Of a stretch of DNA of 64,000 nt, positions 1-8,338 are shown one piece after another; the first letter of the stretch is position 1, and the number at the start of each line of letters is the position of its first letter. Origin of the DNA: a virus (Duplodnaviria; Caudoviricetes); IMG/VR virus record IMGVR_UViG_3300014205_005221, positions 32,001-96,000 of that record, one strand, 5' to 3'. A program made the translations under genes and the position numbers. The notes under the pieces were generated by a model, which was not told the DNA's origin, did no database searches, and saw only the letters and a list, made by a program, of their open reading frames with translations.

Positions 1-930
1 ACGCGACGGGCTGAGGCGGAAAGTCGAACCGGCGAGGCACGACAGGAGCGGATGCAGAGCTGCGCAGTCGAAGGGGTCGCGGTGCGTAGCGGCGGGAGGA
101 TCGAGGGTTGTCGAACTGAACTGGGATGCAAGGAACCCGAGCGGAGTGGGGCTGTCGAGTGGGGGCGACCAGAGATGGGCAGGTGCCGGGAAGTCGGATG
201 GATAAGGGCAGGCAAGGGATGTGTTGTCGGACTGACTCAGGGGCGCGTTGCGAAAGCGCGGGGAAGACTCGGGACGTCGACGGGCCAGCGGTGTCGAGAC
301 GGGGGATGTCATGAGATAAGGGGTGGGCGGGGACAAAGATGGCATGGGCAGTCGAGAAGACGTGGGACGGCAGTGAAAAGTCGACGGGTGCTGAAGTGAA
401 TTGTTCTGGCAAGGGTAGTCGTAACACTGGGTAGTCGAATGGAGGCGAAGCGGCCAGAAGCGCGGCGGCTTGGAGTTGTCAGAAGGATCGGGCTGCGGCG
501 GCTTGGAGTTGTCAGAAGGATCGGGCTGCATGCGCAAGGGGCGGTGGGGGGTTGTCGTGTGAATTGACAGGAGAAGGGGCGGAGCTGGGTTGTCGGCACG
601 GGACGCGGCTTGAGATGACCCGGATAGTCGCAGCGGGTGGGCGAGATCAAATGTGGGGAGACATGTCGATGCGCGGCGCGGTGGGCGCGAGCAGGCGTGA
701 CGATGGATTGTCGAAACGGCTGGTCAGGGCGGGAAGACGACTTGACGATGTCGAGCGGAAGGAAGGGGCAGGGCATGCCAGGGAGTGGTACGGGATGTCG
801 AAGCGAGCCGGACAGGCGCGAGATGACCAGAAACGACTTGTCGAAACGGCGGGGCAGGGCGCGCGGTGGCGAGCGTGGTCGAAACGGAGGGATCGCGGAC
901 CGTGCTGACGAGACCAGACATGTCGAGGGC
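1..930 (+). repeat. Degenerate non-coding array: units of GTCG(A) head + ~4 nt + n G-initiated pentamers; candidate guide-RNA array, truncated by window edge
   Basis: GTC(G/A) at 23,67,110,154,193,226,276,308,351,380,418,434,478,511,554,592,627,665,710,750,797,840,878,922. Spacings are mostly 33, 38-39 and 43-44. G recurs every 5 nt within units. Strand is inferred from the G-rich skew. Confidence 0.75.
462..527. repeat. Exact 33-bp tandem duplication (one array unit)
   Basis: gcggcggcttggagttgtcagaaggatcgggct at 462-494 and 495-527. Confidence 0.95.
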
Positions 931-1001
931 TTACCCTGCCGCGATGCGGACTTAGTGGGCCGGGCGCCTAACTCCCGGAGACACAACAATTCTACCCAGA
1001 G

Positions 1002-1031
1002 AAAAGGCCCCGGATCCGAAGACCCGGGGCC
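1002..1031 (-). terminator. Intrinsic terminator after helicase (possibly bidirectional)
   Basis: GGCCCCGG (1006-1013)/CCGGGGCC (1024-1031) stem; T-run on minus strand. Confidence 0.75.
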
Positions 1032-1039
1032 GATTTCCG

Positions 1040-2809
1040 TCAGGAACGCTGTTCGATCCGCTCCTTGGCGTCCGGAGAAACCGTGAGACCGAACCGCTCA
1101 GCCACGTCCAACACAGCCGCACGCGCGAGCACAATCCGCACCTTCTCGAAACCCGCGTAGTCCGCGCGGTAGCGCATCTTCGGGTCACCGAACGGCAGCT
1201 CCTGCTGCGCCTTGACCAACTCCGGGTTGTACTTGGTCCCCGTCATGATCACGCGGTCCTCGTCTTCCGGGTCGCACATGACGTTGCAGATCTGCGACTC
1301 GGACACGTCCGCCAGCACCGTCACGACGTCGGTCAGGAACACCCGCTCGCCCTCAGCAGGCTTCGTGAGCGGCTCGATCCACGGCGTCAGCGCCGACGAG
1401 TCGACATACTGCTTGCCGCGCGTCACAGCCACGTAGGCCAGCCGCAGCTCCGGAGCCGAGAGACCCTCCTCCGACATCGGCATCGGAAAGTCAGACGCCA
1501 ACTTGACCGAATTCCACTCGCGACCCTTGCTCTTGTGAGCAGTGCTGATCAGCAGCTGCGCGGCACGCTCGGGAACCGCACGCTCGACAGCGGCGAGAAT
1601 GACCTGCGGAGTGTGGTCGTCAACGAGGTTGACCAGCGTCTGCAGGTCACGCGCCTCCTTGTCCTCAGTGACGTACTCACGAACCTGATTCCACGACTCG
1701 AACGCCCGAAGCTCCGGGTGATCTGTCGGACGGCCCTCCGTGAGGTCCAAAGCAGCCTGTGCCAGCCACTGCACCGCCTGGGTACCGCCGACCAGACCCG
1801 CCCGGATGCCCGACATCTGCGCCGTGAGCAGCCGCGAGACCGCCTCGGCGTTGGTGCGGCACAGGACGGTGTCCGGGTTGTCCAGGAACGCCAGCGCAGA
1901 GGACTCCGGTCCGAGACCCTGCAACTGATACGGCGTCTCCAGCAGCGACAGGATGCGATTGGCCTCATCAGCAATGGACTGGCCGAACCGGAACGACGCG
2001 GTCAGCGGAAGCCGGTACTCGGCATCGAACTGGTCGAGCGCGTCGATCGCACCACGCCACGCGTAGATCTGCTGGTTGCTGTCACCGTTCGGGATCAGCT
2101 GAACGCCGTGATCGGTCTGCATGCGCTGCACGATGCTCATGACCACCGGGTCCGCATCCTGCGCCTCATCAAAGAGAACGACCTCGCCCGGAAGTCGGAA
2201 ATTCTTGTCCATGCTGGCGAGCTTCAGGTAGTGGTCGTGCATGAAACGGAGCTGACCCCTGCCCGAGGTGATGTCAGCCCAAGCACGCTGCACGTACGGG
2301 AACACGAACTCCTGCAGCGCCTTGCGCGGCTCGGGAAGATCCATACCCGGAACGCGGGGGATGTGGTGCATGCCGGGCTCAGGAGCGTCGGAAGCGCAGA
2401 ACCGAGCCACCGACTCCATGACCAGACCAGCCAGCTGACGGTCGCGAAGCTTGAAGTCGCCGAACACGAAGTCCTCGCGGATGCGCAGGATCTGCGCCTG
2501 CTTCCAACGCGGGACACGCTCCTGGCTCTGCAGCCGGTCCAGCAGCTCCGGACGGCTCGCCTTGATGTGGTGGTAGGCGAAGCTATGCGCGGTCGCCGCC
2601 GTGACGTTGCGCGGGAACCTGCGCTTGGCCTCATCGGCAATCGACTTGTTGAACGCGATGTAGCAGAAGCTCTTCTCAGCGTTCTCCCGAGAGATCAGCT
2701 CCAGGGTCGACGTCTTGCCGGTACCGGCAAGCGCCTCTACCACCACGTCCTTGCCGGTCGCAGCCGCGTCCATGATGTCGCACTGCTCACTTGTAGGCTT
2801 GAAAGCCAT
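1040..2809 (-). CDS. UvrD/Rep-like SF1 helicase
   Basis: ALAGTGKTS Walker A, DEAQD, GDSNQQIY, SFRF, STAHKSKGREW, YVAVTR; SD AGGAG before ATG 2809. Confidence 0.9.
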   Translation of the reverse strand: MAFKPTSEQCDIMDAAATGKDVVVEALAGTGKTSTLELISRENAEKSFCYIAFNKSIADEAKRRFPRNVTAATAHSFAYHHIKASRPELLDRLQSQERVPRWKQAQILRIREDFVFGDFKLRDRQLAGLVMESVARFCASDAPEPGMHHIPRVPGMDLPEPRKALQEFVFPYVQRAWADITSGRGQLRFMHDHYLKLASMDKNFRLPGEVVLFDEAQDADPVVMSIVQRMQTDHGVQLIPNGDSNQQIYAWRGAIDALDQFDAEYRLPLTASFRFGQSIADEANRILSLLETPYQLQGLGPESSALAFLDNPDTVLCRTNAEAVSRLLTAQMSGIRAGLVGGTQAVQWLAQAALDLTEGRPTDHPELRAFESWNQVREYVTEDKEARDLQTLVNLVDDHTPQVILAAVERAVPERAAQLLISTAHKSKGREWNSVKLASDFPMPMSEEGLSAPELRLAYVAVTRGKQYVDSSALTPWIEPLTKPAEGERVFLTDVVTVLADVSESQICNVMCDPEDEDRVIMTGTKYNPELVKAQQELPFGDPKMRYRADYAGFEKVRIVLARAAVLDVAERFGLTVSPDAKERIEQRS

Positions 2810-2856
2810 GCTAGCTCCTGAAGCTGGGGCGGATTTTTCTCCGCCGCGATGAAAAG

Positions 2857-2884
2857 AGCTTAGCATGCTCGCAGAGACATGCAA
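2857..2884 (-). promoter_or_regulatory. sigma70-type promoter for helicase
   Basis: TTGCAT-N16-TAAGCT with extended TG. Confidence 0.5.
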
Positions 2885-2899
2885 GCTTGACTTGCTGAC

Positions 2900-3115
2900 C
2901 TAATCCTGGCCGAGCGCAGCTTCGACGGTCCGGAACCCGGACGCCCGCAGCAGGTCGACCAGCTCCTCGGCAGCGTTGACCACACGCCACCCGTCCTGGG
3001 CACAACTCACCAGGGTGTCCACATCGAACTCGGCGCCGTGATCTTTGATCTGACGCAGCATTTCCAGCGCGTTCTGCAACGAACGAAACTTAGCGCGCAT
3101 CTCGTCAGCGCTCAT
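2900..3115 (-). CDS. Hypothetical protein
   Basis: ORF MSADEMRAK..., ATGA-coupled to upstream gene. Confidence 0.65.
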   Translation of the reverse strand: MSADEMRAKFRSLQNALEMLRQIKDHGAEFDVDTLVSCAQDGWRVVNAAEELVDLLRASGFRTVEAALGQD

Positions 3116-3309
3116 CGCAGACCCTTGGGCCGGTAGCCGCCGTGGGCATACCACTCAGACAGACTCCGAGCATGCTCAGCGATCTGGTCAGCCAACTCAG
3201 CAACAGCGTCTAAATCCCGACGCGACAGGTCGATCACGTGGCTGGCTTGAATTTCTTGAATGTAGCTGATGTCCCGAGACAACAGCCGTACAACCTCTTC
3301 CGGGTCCAC
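3112..3309 (-). CDS. Hypothetical protein
   Basis: 65 aa ORF; GGGTAG motif 9 nt upstream of GTG. Confidence 0.7.
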   Translation of the reverse strand: MDPEEVVRLLSRDISYIQEIQASHVIDLSRRDLDAVAELADQIAEHARSLSEWYAHGGYRPKGLR

Positions 3310-3318
3310 ACAGATGTT

Positions 3319-3483
3319 CTACCCGGAGATCGGAAAGCCTCGCGGATCGGTGGGATCATCGCGCAACGCATGACGGCCCGAGGAATCCACCGGAGTGTCA
3401 TCCTCGGACCAGTCACGTTCAAACACGGTAAACGGATCTCCGAGCCGATCCACCAGGTCCAGGTAGAAACGCAGCTCCTCCAT
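3319..3483 (-). CDS. Small hypothetical protein (54 aa, not in ORF track)
   Basis: MEELRFYLDLVDRLGDPF...FPISG*; fills the gap and ends on the GGG TAG motif. Confidence 0.55.
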   Translation of the reverse strand: MEELRFYLDLVDRLGDPFTVFERDWSEDDTPVDSSGRHALRDDPTDPRGFPISG

Positions 3484-3689
3484 ACCCCGGCCTTCGTCCC
3501 AGCTAGACGAGCGTGACCACCAGAAACCACGTCAGCAAAGACATGACAATGCCGGTGACACAACACGCGATCAACAAATCCGTGGTGGTCCACAAATCTT
3601 CATGTCGAACATTACGGGTGCGTCTCACTCGCATGGACGAATACGCACGATGGGACGGAGAACTCACTTGCACACAGCTCCTGCGGGGT

Positions 3690-5051
3690 TCAGGAAATCC
3701 AGTCACTGCGGACTTGGAGCAACACAGCCCGGACGGAACCCGCCGCCTCTTCGCCTTCGGGGAGGCTGTCCTGCACCACAACAAACGCGGGGCGAGACCG
3801 TGAGCGGTCGGTTCCGAGCAGCAAGCGGACGTTGACCCCTTCATCGGAACCGTTCGACGCAGAACGTGCAAGAGCAGACGCTCGAACAGCCTCAGTTAAA
3901 CGCTTTTGGTTGAGCAGAACCGTCCTCGGTGACGGAGCGCTATCGCTGCCAAGCCGACGGAATGTCACCGTCAACTGCTCCGATGACAGATCCCCGTAGC
4001 GGTTACGCGTCGCCACCGTCAGCTCATCCGGCTCCGGATACCCCACCTTGAGCGCTACCGCCAGCGTCTCCTCATCCGAGGTCGGCTGCGCGCGATCGAG
4101 CGCCTCGACCAGAGTGTCCGCATTGACGATGACCTCATCACGGTTCTCCGCGATGGGAGTCTCAATGATGGTCCGAGCCTCCGCCGGAAAAGACTCGGTG
4201 TTATGCGCGACGATCATGCGATCCGCCGCATCCACCGGACCGATCTCCGCGACCAGATGGAAACGCGTGTCGGCGAGCCGAAACTCCTGCGCGTCGTTGC
4301 GGTCCAGCATCTTGACCAGGAGATCCACCGCCGACGTCGACAGCTCACACGTCAGATTCGCAGGAAGCATGCCTCGGACCTGCGCAAACGACGTCTTGTC
4401 TGTGGTCGTAGCGATACCATTATGAATGTCGAGCTGCATGCGGCCTGGATCATTCTCATCCGATCCTGCGGCGTAGCGGACGGCTGAGACCGCACGCGTG
4501 AAATCCGCACGCGACAGCGAGTGCCAGGTCAATTCGTCAAGCGCGGCAAGCCGAACGTATTCCTGCACGCCCGCAATACGCAGCGACCAGGAGCTACTGC
4601 CCGAGTCGATGTGCAGCAGCTGGTCCTCGGTACGAAGCTTCACCGTCGGACCCGATGCTCGCTTGATGACGTTGGCAAACTTGGCCGCTCCGATCAGCAG
4701 CCGACCCGGGTTTAAGGTTCGCACCGCCAGCGACGTCGAGACGACCGTCGACCCCGAATTCGAGCCGGTGATCACCAGACGGCCATCGGAGGCGTCCAGC
4801 ACCAGGTTCTTCAGCTCCGGAACGAAATCCCCGGACGGCACCACGAGCATGGCCTGATCGACCATACGACGCAGCACCGTCCGAGGAACCTCGAAGTGCG
4901 GTGGCGACGCGAGCACCACCGACGGCAGCTTGACCTGAGGAAGAATCTCGTCCTCTTCGTCCTCCACCGCTTCCGGTGCGGACAGATCGATTCCAAGAGA
5001 CTTCAGAATGTCTTCACCGGCGTCGGTGGTCTCTTCCGAGACGTCAGCCAT
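3690..5051 (-). CDS. dnaN: DNA polymerase III beta sliding clamp-like protein
   Basis: FEVPRTVLRRMVDQAMLVVPSGDFVPELKNLVLDASDGRLVITGSN, GRLLIGAAKFANVIK and three-domain spacing match beta clamp; acidic N-terminal extension. Confidence 0.8.
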   Translation of the reverse strand: MADVSEETTDAGEDILKSLGIDLSAPEAVEDEEDEILPQVKLPSVVLASPPHFEVPRTVLRRMVDQAMLVVPSGDFVPELKNLVLDASDGRLVITGSNSGSTVVSTSLAVRTLNPGRLLIGAAKFANVIKRASGPTVKLRTEDQLLHIDSGSSSWSLRIAGVQEYVRLAALDELTWHSLSRADFTRAVSAVRYAAGSDENDPGRMQLDIHNGIATTTDKTSFAQVRGMLPANLTCELSTSAVDLLVKMLDRNDAQEFRLADTRFHLVAEIGPVDAADRMIVAHNTESFPAEARTIIETPIAENRDEVIVNADTLVEALDRAQPTSDEETLAVALKVGYPEPDELTVATRNRYGDLSSEQLTVTFRRLGSDSAPSPRTVLLNQKRLTEAVRASALARSASNGSDEGVNVRLLLGTDRSRSRPAFVVVQDSLPEGEEAAGSVRAVLLQVRSDWIS

Positions 5052-5065
5052 TGCTCTCCTTCAAC

Positions 5066-5589
5066 TCAGTCATCAGAACGGATACTCCGCAACCAACGCC
5101 CAGCCTGATCAAGATCCAAGGAAGTCAATCCGATACGAGGACTCACATAGTGCAGCCGGTAAGGCGGCTGACCCTTGCGCTGCTCGGCAAACCAATCACG
5201 CTCAGTCGGAAACCTGTCAAAGTCGTCATCCAGCCAAACGAACGGGCGATCCTTGGCGTACTCCAGAACCCCGTCAAACTTCCAGTGGAACGCCTTGAAG
5301 CCCCACTCGATGACAGGAAGTACCGGAAGACCGATTGCCGGACCAATGTAGTCGTTGGCTTCATGCTCCCACGTGGTCGCCCACGCCAGCTCCGCGTCGT
5401 GCTCAGCGGCGAACGCGAGCAGCGCGGGACCGTGCTCGGGAGCCAGCCACACTCGGAGCGGGTGCTTCTGATACTCCCAGCCCGACGGACGAAGCCGATG
5501 AGTCCCATAGCCCTCAGGACGTCTTGTCGGCTTTGCCATGTACGGATTCAAGGGCCGTCCACATCCAGCAGAACTAACGGACGATTCAC
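5066..5589 (-). pseudogene. HAD phosphatase (Swiss-Army-knife RNA-repair type) with -1 frameshift after the catalytic motif
   Basis: GTG 5589 gives MNRPLVLLDVDGP then TGA (5550-5548). The remainder (LNPY...WATTW...WLDDD) is in the -1 frame, 5066-5551. Confidence 0.75.
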
Positions 5590-5963
5590 GACACCACCCC
5601 CTTAGGTCGGGTCGACGGAGTCACCGAAATGACCTCGCCAGGGACTACACGCGGAGCTTCGACGGCACGCGGTGGAACGCTCAACGCCTGGCGTTGGACC
5701 ACTTCAACACGAGCCGAGACGACAAAGCGGTGCACATAATGATGCACATAATGATGAACATGATGGACCACGACTCGTTCCTCGGGACACGGCGTACACC
5801 GTGCAGGATCCGGAAACTTCGTGCGCGGACGATGTCGATAGCGTCCCCGAACAAACAAGCCTCCCACAGCTAGAGCCAGCAATCCGTGCACCAACAGAGC
5901 CAGCGCAACGCTCACCGACCAGAGGCTCAACAGCCAGTCGAAAACGCTACCGATCAGACTCAC
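5586..5963 (-). CDS. Hypothetical membrane protein with His-rich tract
   Basis: N-terminal TM; HHVHHYVHHYVH; GGGTAG 9 nt upstream. Confidence 0.7.
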   Translation of the reverse strand: MSLIGSVFDWLLSLWSVSVALALLVHGLLALAVGGLFVRGRYRHRPRTKFPDPARCTPCPEERVVVHHVHHYVHHYVHRFVVSARVEVVQRQALSVPPRAVEAPRVVPGEVISVTPSTRPKGVVS

Positions 5964-6270
5964 GACGTGCTTCTACCCTCAGACGGTATGCCTGAAGACG
6001 GTATGCCTGAAGATCCGCCAGCACGTCATGCGCGGGATCCGACCACGGCAGGTTATGAGAGACCCGGCTCAGCGACGACAACGGCTGCGTGGCCTCCACC
6101 AGACGCACGCCCTCGACAGGCTCAAACCGCCATGCCGGGCCGGACGCCTCCACCGGAGCAGCGCACGGCCAGCCCGCAGCTCGCCCGTGACGGCCGCAGT
6201 ACACCACCCCAGGCTCAGAGCATTCGTGACGCCAGCAACGCGACCGAGAACGCCTACGGCGATGTTTCAC
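5947..6270 (-). CDS. Hypothetical protein
   Basis: ORF fills the gap; in-frame 15-bp duplication (LQAYR x2, 5981-6010). Confidence 0.5.
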   Translation of the reverse strand: MKHRRRRSRSRCWRHECSEPGVVYCGRHGRAAGWPCAAPVEASGPAWRFEPVEGVRLVEATQPLSSLSRVSHNLPWSDPAHDVLADLQAYRLQAYRLRVEARRESDR

Positions 6271-6280
6271 GGACAACCCC

Positions 6281-6448
6281 TCACAACGTGGACGGCGCTA
6301 CCAGCACCACCAGAACAAACGCCCCGACGTAGCCGATAACGAGCAGCGCCTTCATCCAGAAACGGTCCACCGAGCCAACCGCGTATCCCGCAGCGAACAC
6401 GTAAATGACCGCGATGATCGCAAGCGCGACAACACTCTGCCACTGCAC
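6281..6448 (-). CDS. Small two-TM membrane protein (55 aa, not in ORF track)
   Basis: MQWQSVVALAIIAVIYVFAAGY...; SD GGAGGAG. Confidence 0.65.
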   Translation of the reverse strand: MQWQSVVALAIIAVIYVFAAGYAVGSVDRFWMKALLVIGYVGAFVLVVLVAPSTL

Positions 6449-6450
6449 GA

Positions 6451-6705
6451 CTACTCCTCCGGACGTTCCGTCCGATCCAGAGCAGAGCGGACTTTCTCCA
6501 CCTCAGCGTCCAGCTCCGCGTCAATACGATCGAGCAAAGCCCGCGCTTCCTCTTCAGAATCCACGTTGAAGTCCGACTTCAGCTTCTCCAGCTGCCGGTC
6601 GTACTCACCCTTCGCGGCCTCAGCCTGAGCTTCGATCCGCTGCTGCTGACCGCGAAGGGTTTCCGCGCGCTGACGAAGGTCAGCTACCTCTTCATCTTTC
6701 GCCAC
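6451..6705 (-). CDS. Coiled-coil hypothetical protein
   Basis: Heptad, charge-rich; GGGTAG 9 nt upstream. Confidence 0.8.
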   Translation of the reverse strand: MAKDEEVADLRQRAETLRGQQQRIEAQAEAAKGEYDRQLEKLKSDFNVDSEEEARALLDRIDAELDAEVEKVRSALDRTERPEE

Positions 6706-6724
6706 AAAGCTGTCCTACCCCAGG

Positions 6725-6985
6725 TCAATCGAGACTCCTCAGATCTTCCAGCATCTGACGACGCTCAACCTCAACCTTATTCAGATCGATGTCAAAGTAA
6801 TCCGCGAACAACTGCTCAAAACTGCGGGCGTCCAGGACCATGATCTCCTGAGAGTATCCCTTGGGCTTCACGTAATGGCCGATGAAACGCCCGTTCTGAC
6901 CCAGCCAGTCCACAAAATCCGAAAGCACATCCGACTCGTTGCGGACAGCACGCATCTTCTCACACTCAGGATAGCGATCAGGCAT
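6725..6985 (-). CDS. Hypothetical protein
   Basis: 86 aa ORF; GGGTAG 9 nt upstream. Confidence 0.8.
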   Translation of the reverse strand: MPDRYPECEKMRAVRNESDVLSDFVDWLGQNGRFIGHYVKPKGYSQEIMVLDARSFEQLFADYFDIDLNKVEVERRQMLEDLRSLD

Positions 6986-6986
6986 G

Positions 6987-7409
6987 TCAGTCTCCTACCC
7001 TCTCAGGTGCACGATAGATTCCGCCGATGCCCTCGAACGCGTGGTAGCGATCCGCCAGGTGCATGATCGCCGACTCCACGCCGAGCACAAAACCCTGATC
7101 CCGGAGACGCTCCTCCACCGGATCGCGGTACTCCGAGGGAGCGAGCGTGTCGTTGGCGAACCGGTGTGCGCGAGCACGAGCGCGATTTATCCACTCAGAA
7201 TTATCGAAGCACAGCGCGGTGGCGTCGAGGTATTCCACGTACTCCCGTCGTCTCCGAAGCAGACTGCGCAGGATGTGCAGCTCGCGGTCCTCACCAGAAG
7301 CGTCCAGGTCGGACCTAAACACGACCTCGATGAGCCAATCGCAGAGGTCGGACACCCTCTTAGGACGGAACGTTCCATCCGAGAGATGCCCGTACTGAAT
7401 GTCAGCCAC
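6987..7409 (-). CDS. Hypothetical protein (leaderless, sigma70-type promoter)
   Basis: 140 aa ORF; -10 element 6 nt upstream of GTG. Confidence 0.75.
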   Translation of the reverse strand: MADIQYGHLSDGTFRPKRVSDLCDWLIEVVFRSDLDASGEDRELHILRSLLRRRREYVEYLDATALCFDNSEWINRARARAHRFANDTLAPSEYRDPVEERLRDQGFVLGVESAIMHLADRYHAFEGIGGIYRAPERVGD

Positions 7410-7415
7410 GACTAC

Positions 7416-7444
7416 AAGCTAGCACAGGTCAGCAAAGTAAGCAA
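7416..7444 (-). promoter_or_regulatory. sigma70-type leaderless promoter
   Basis: TTGCTT-N17-TAGCTT with TG extension. Confidence 0.75.
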
Positions 7445-7447
7445 GTT

Positions 7448-8305
7448 CTACTTTGCAACCTTCTGCTTGGGTCGGAAGACGCCGGTGCTCGTCGGCCTGT
7501 ATTTGGCGCAAGCGTGACGCACTGGACACCAAGAGCACGCCTTGTCGTCCTTGTTCGGTTCCGTGTCGCCACGCCAGATGTCATGAGCCATCGCCACGAT
7601 GCGAGCCATCATCGAAGACAGATCCGCGTCGGTGATGTCGACGTAGGCGATGGGATTGGTCTCCACCATGGGCTGCACGAACGCGAACGTCCGCAGCGGC
7701 ACGCCCTCACGAGCGTAATGCGCCAGCGAATAGAACACGCCCTGCCCCAACGTCTTGCGCAGGTAATCCGGGTTCGCCGTGGCCTTGAGGTCATAGGCAG
7801 CCCAGACCGGCGGCAACTTCGACTCTCGCACCAGGATGTCCATGCCGCCGACCAGCATGATCTGCGCCGTCTCCCCGTTGAGATCCGGGATGCGCAACGG
7901 CACCCGGAATCGGGCCTCGGGCTCGTACTCGTAGGGAATGACTTCCTTGAGCAGGAACGGCTCCAACCGCGTCACCAGCTGACGCACCCACTCCGCCATC
8001 TCCGCGCGGTCGGTGTCACTCTTCCAATTCACGACACCGTCGCTGGTGCGCTTCGCTTCCTCGATCTCGTGATCAATCATGAAGTCGACCCAGGTCGCCA
8101 TCTCGCCCGGGACCTGCTGGTCGGCTTCGAGCCAGCGGCGCATCACACGGTCGGCCACCGTGCCGTGAAAGAACGGACGGATGTTCGTGACTGGGTTCTT
8201 TTTCTTCTCCCGAAACAGAAACGCCCGCTGCTTACATGCAGTATGCGCTTGAAGTGCTGACCAACTAATCTTAATTGGCTTTGGGCCGTCGCATTTTGTA
8301 GTCAT
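7448..8305 (-). CDS. PD-(D/E)XK exonuclease, Cas4/RecB-like
   Basis: ISWSAL..C, HGTVAD, GGMDIL, YDLK, C-terminal CSWCPVRHAC. Confidence 0.85.
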   Translation of the reverse strand: MTTKCDGPKPIKISWSALQAHTACKQRAFLFREKKKNPVTNIRPFFHGTVADRVMRRWLEADQQVPGEMATWVDFMIDHEIEEAKRTSDGVVNWKSDTDRAEMAEWVRQLVTRLEPFLLKEVIPYEYEPEARFRVPLRIPDLNGETAQIMLVGGMDILVRESKLPPVWAAYDLKATANPDYLRKTLGQGVFYSLAHYAREGVPLRTFAFVQPMVETNPIAYVDITDADLSSMMARIVAMAHDIWRGDTEPNKDDKACSWCPVRHACAKYRPTSTGVFRPKQKVAK

Positions 8306-8338
8306 ACCAACTCATTCGTCTGGGGATACGAATGAGTT

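Noticed and set aside
1-930. Canonical CRISPR or TIGR array
   Set aside because: The conserved part is only 4-6 nt, unit length varies in 5-nt steps, and there is no palindromic 23-47 nt repeat, no fixed-length dual-repeat unit and no cas gene in the window.
1-989. ORFs over the left array (52-399+, 309-989-, 552-908+, 637-1086+)
   Set aside because: Low-complexity R/G/P/S translations with no motifs or RBS; the 5-nt periodicity argues against coding.
7448-8305. Cas4-like gene as evidence of a CRISPR system
   Set aside because: Solo Cas4/RecB-like nucleases are common in phage recombination modules; no cas1/cas2 is present.
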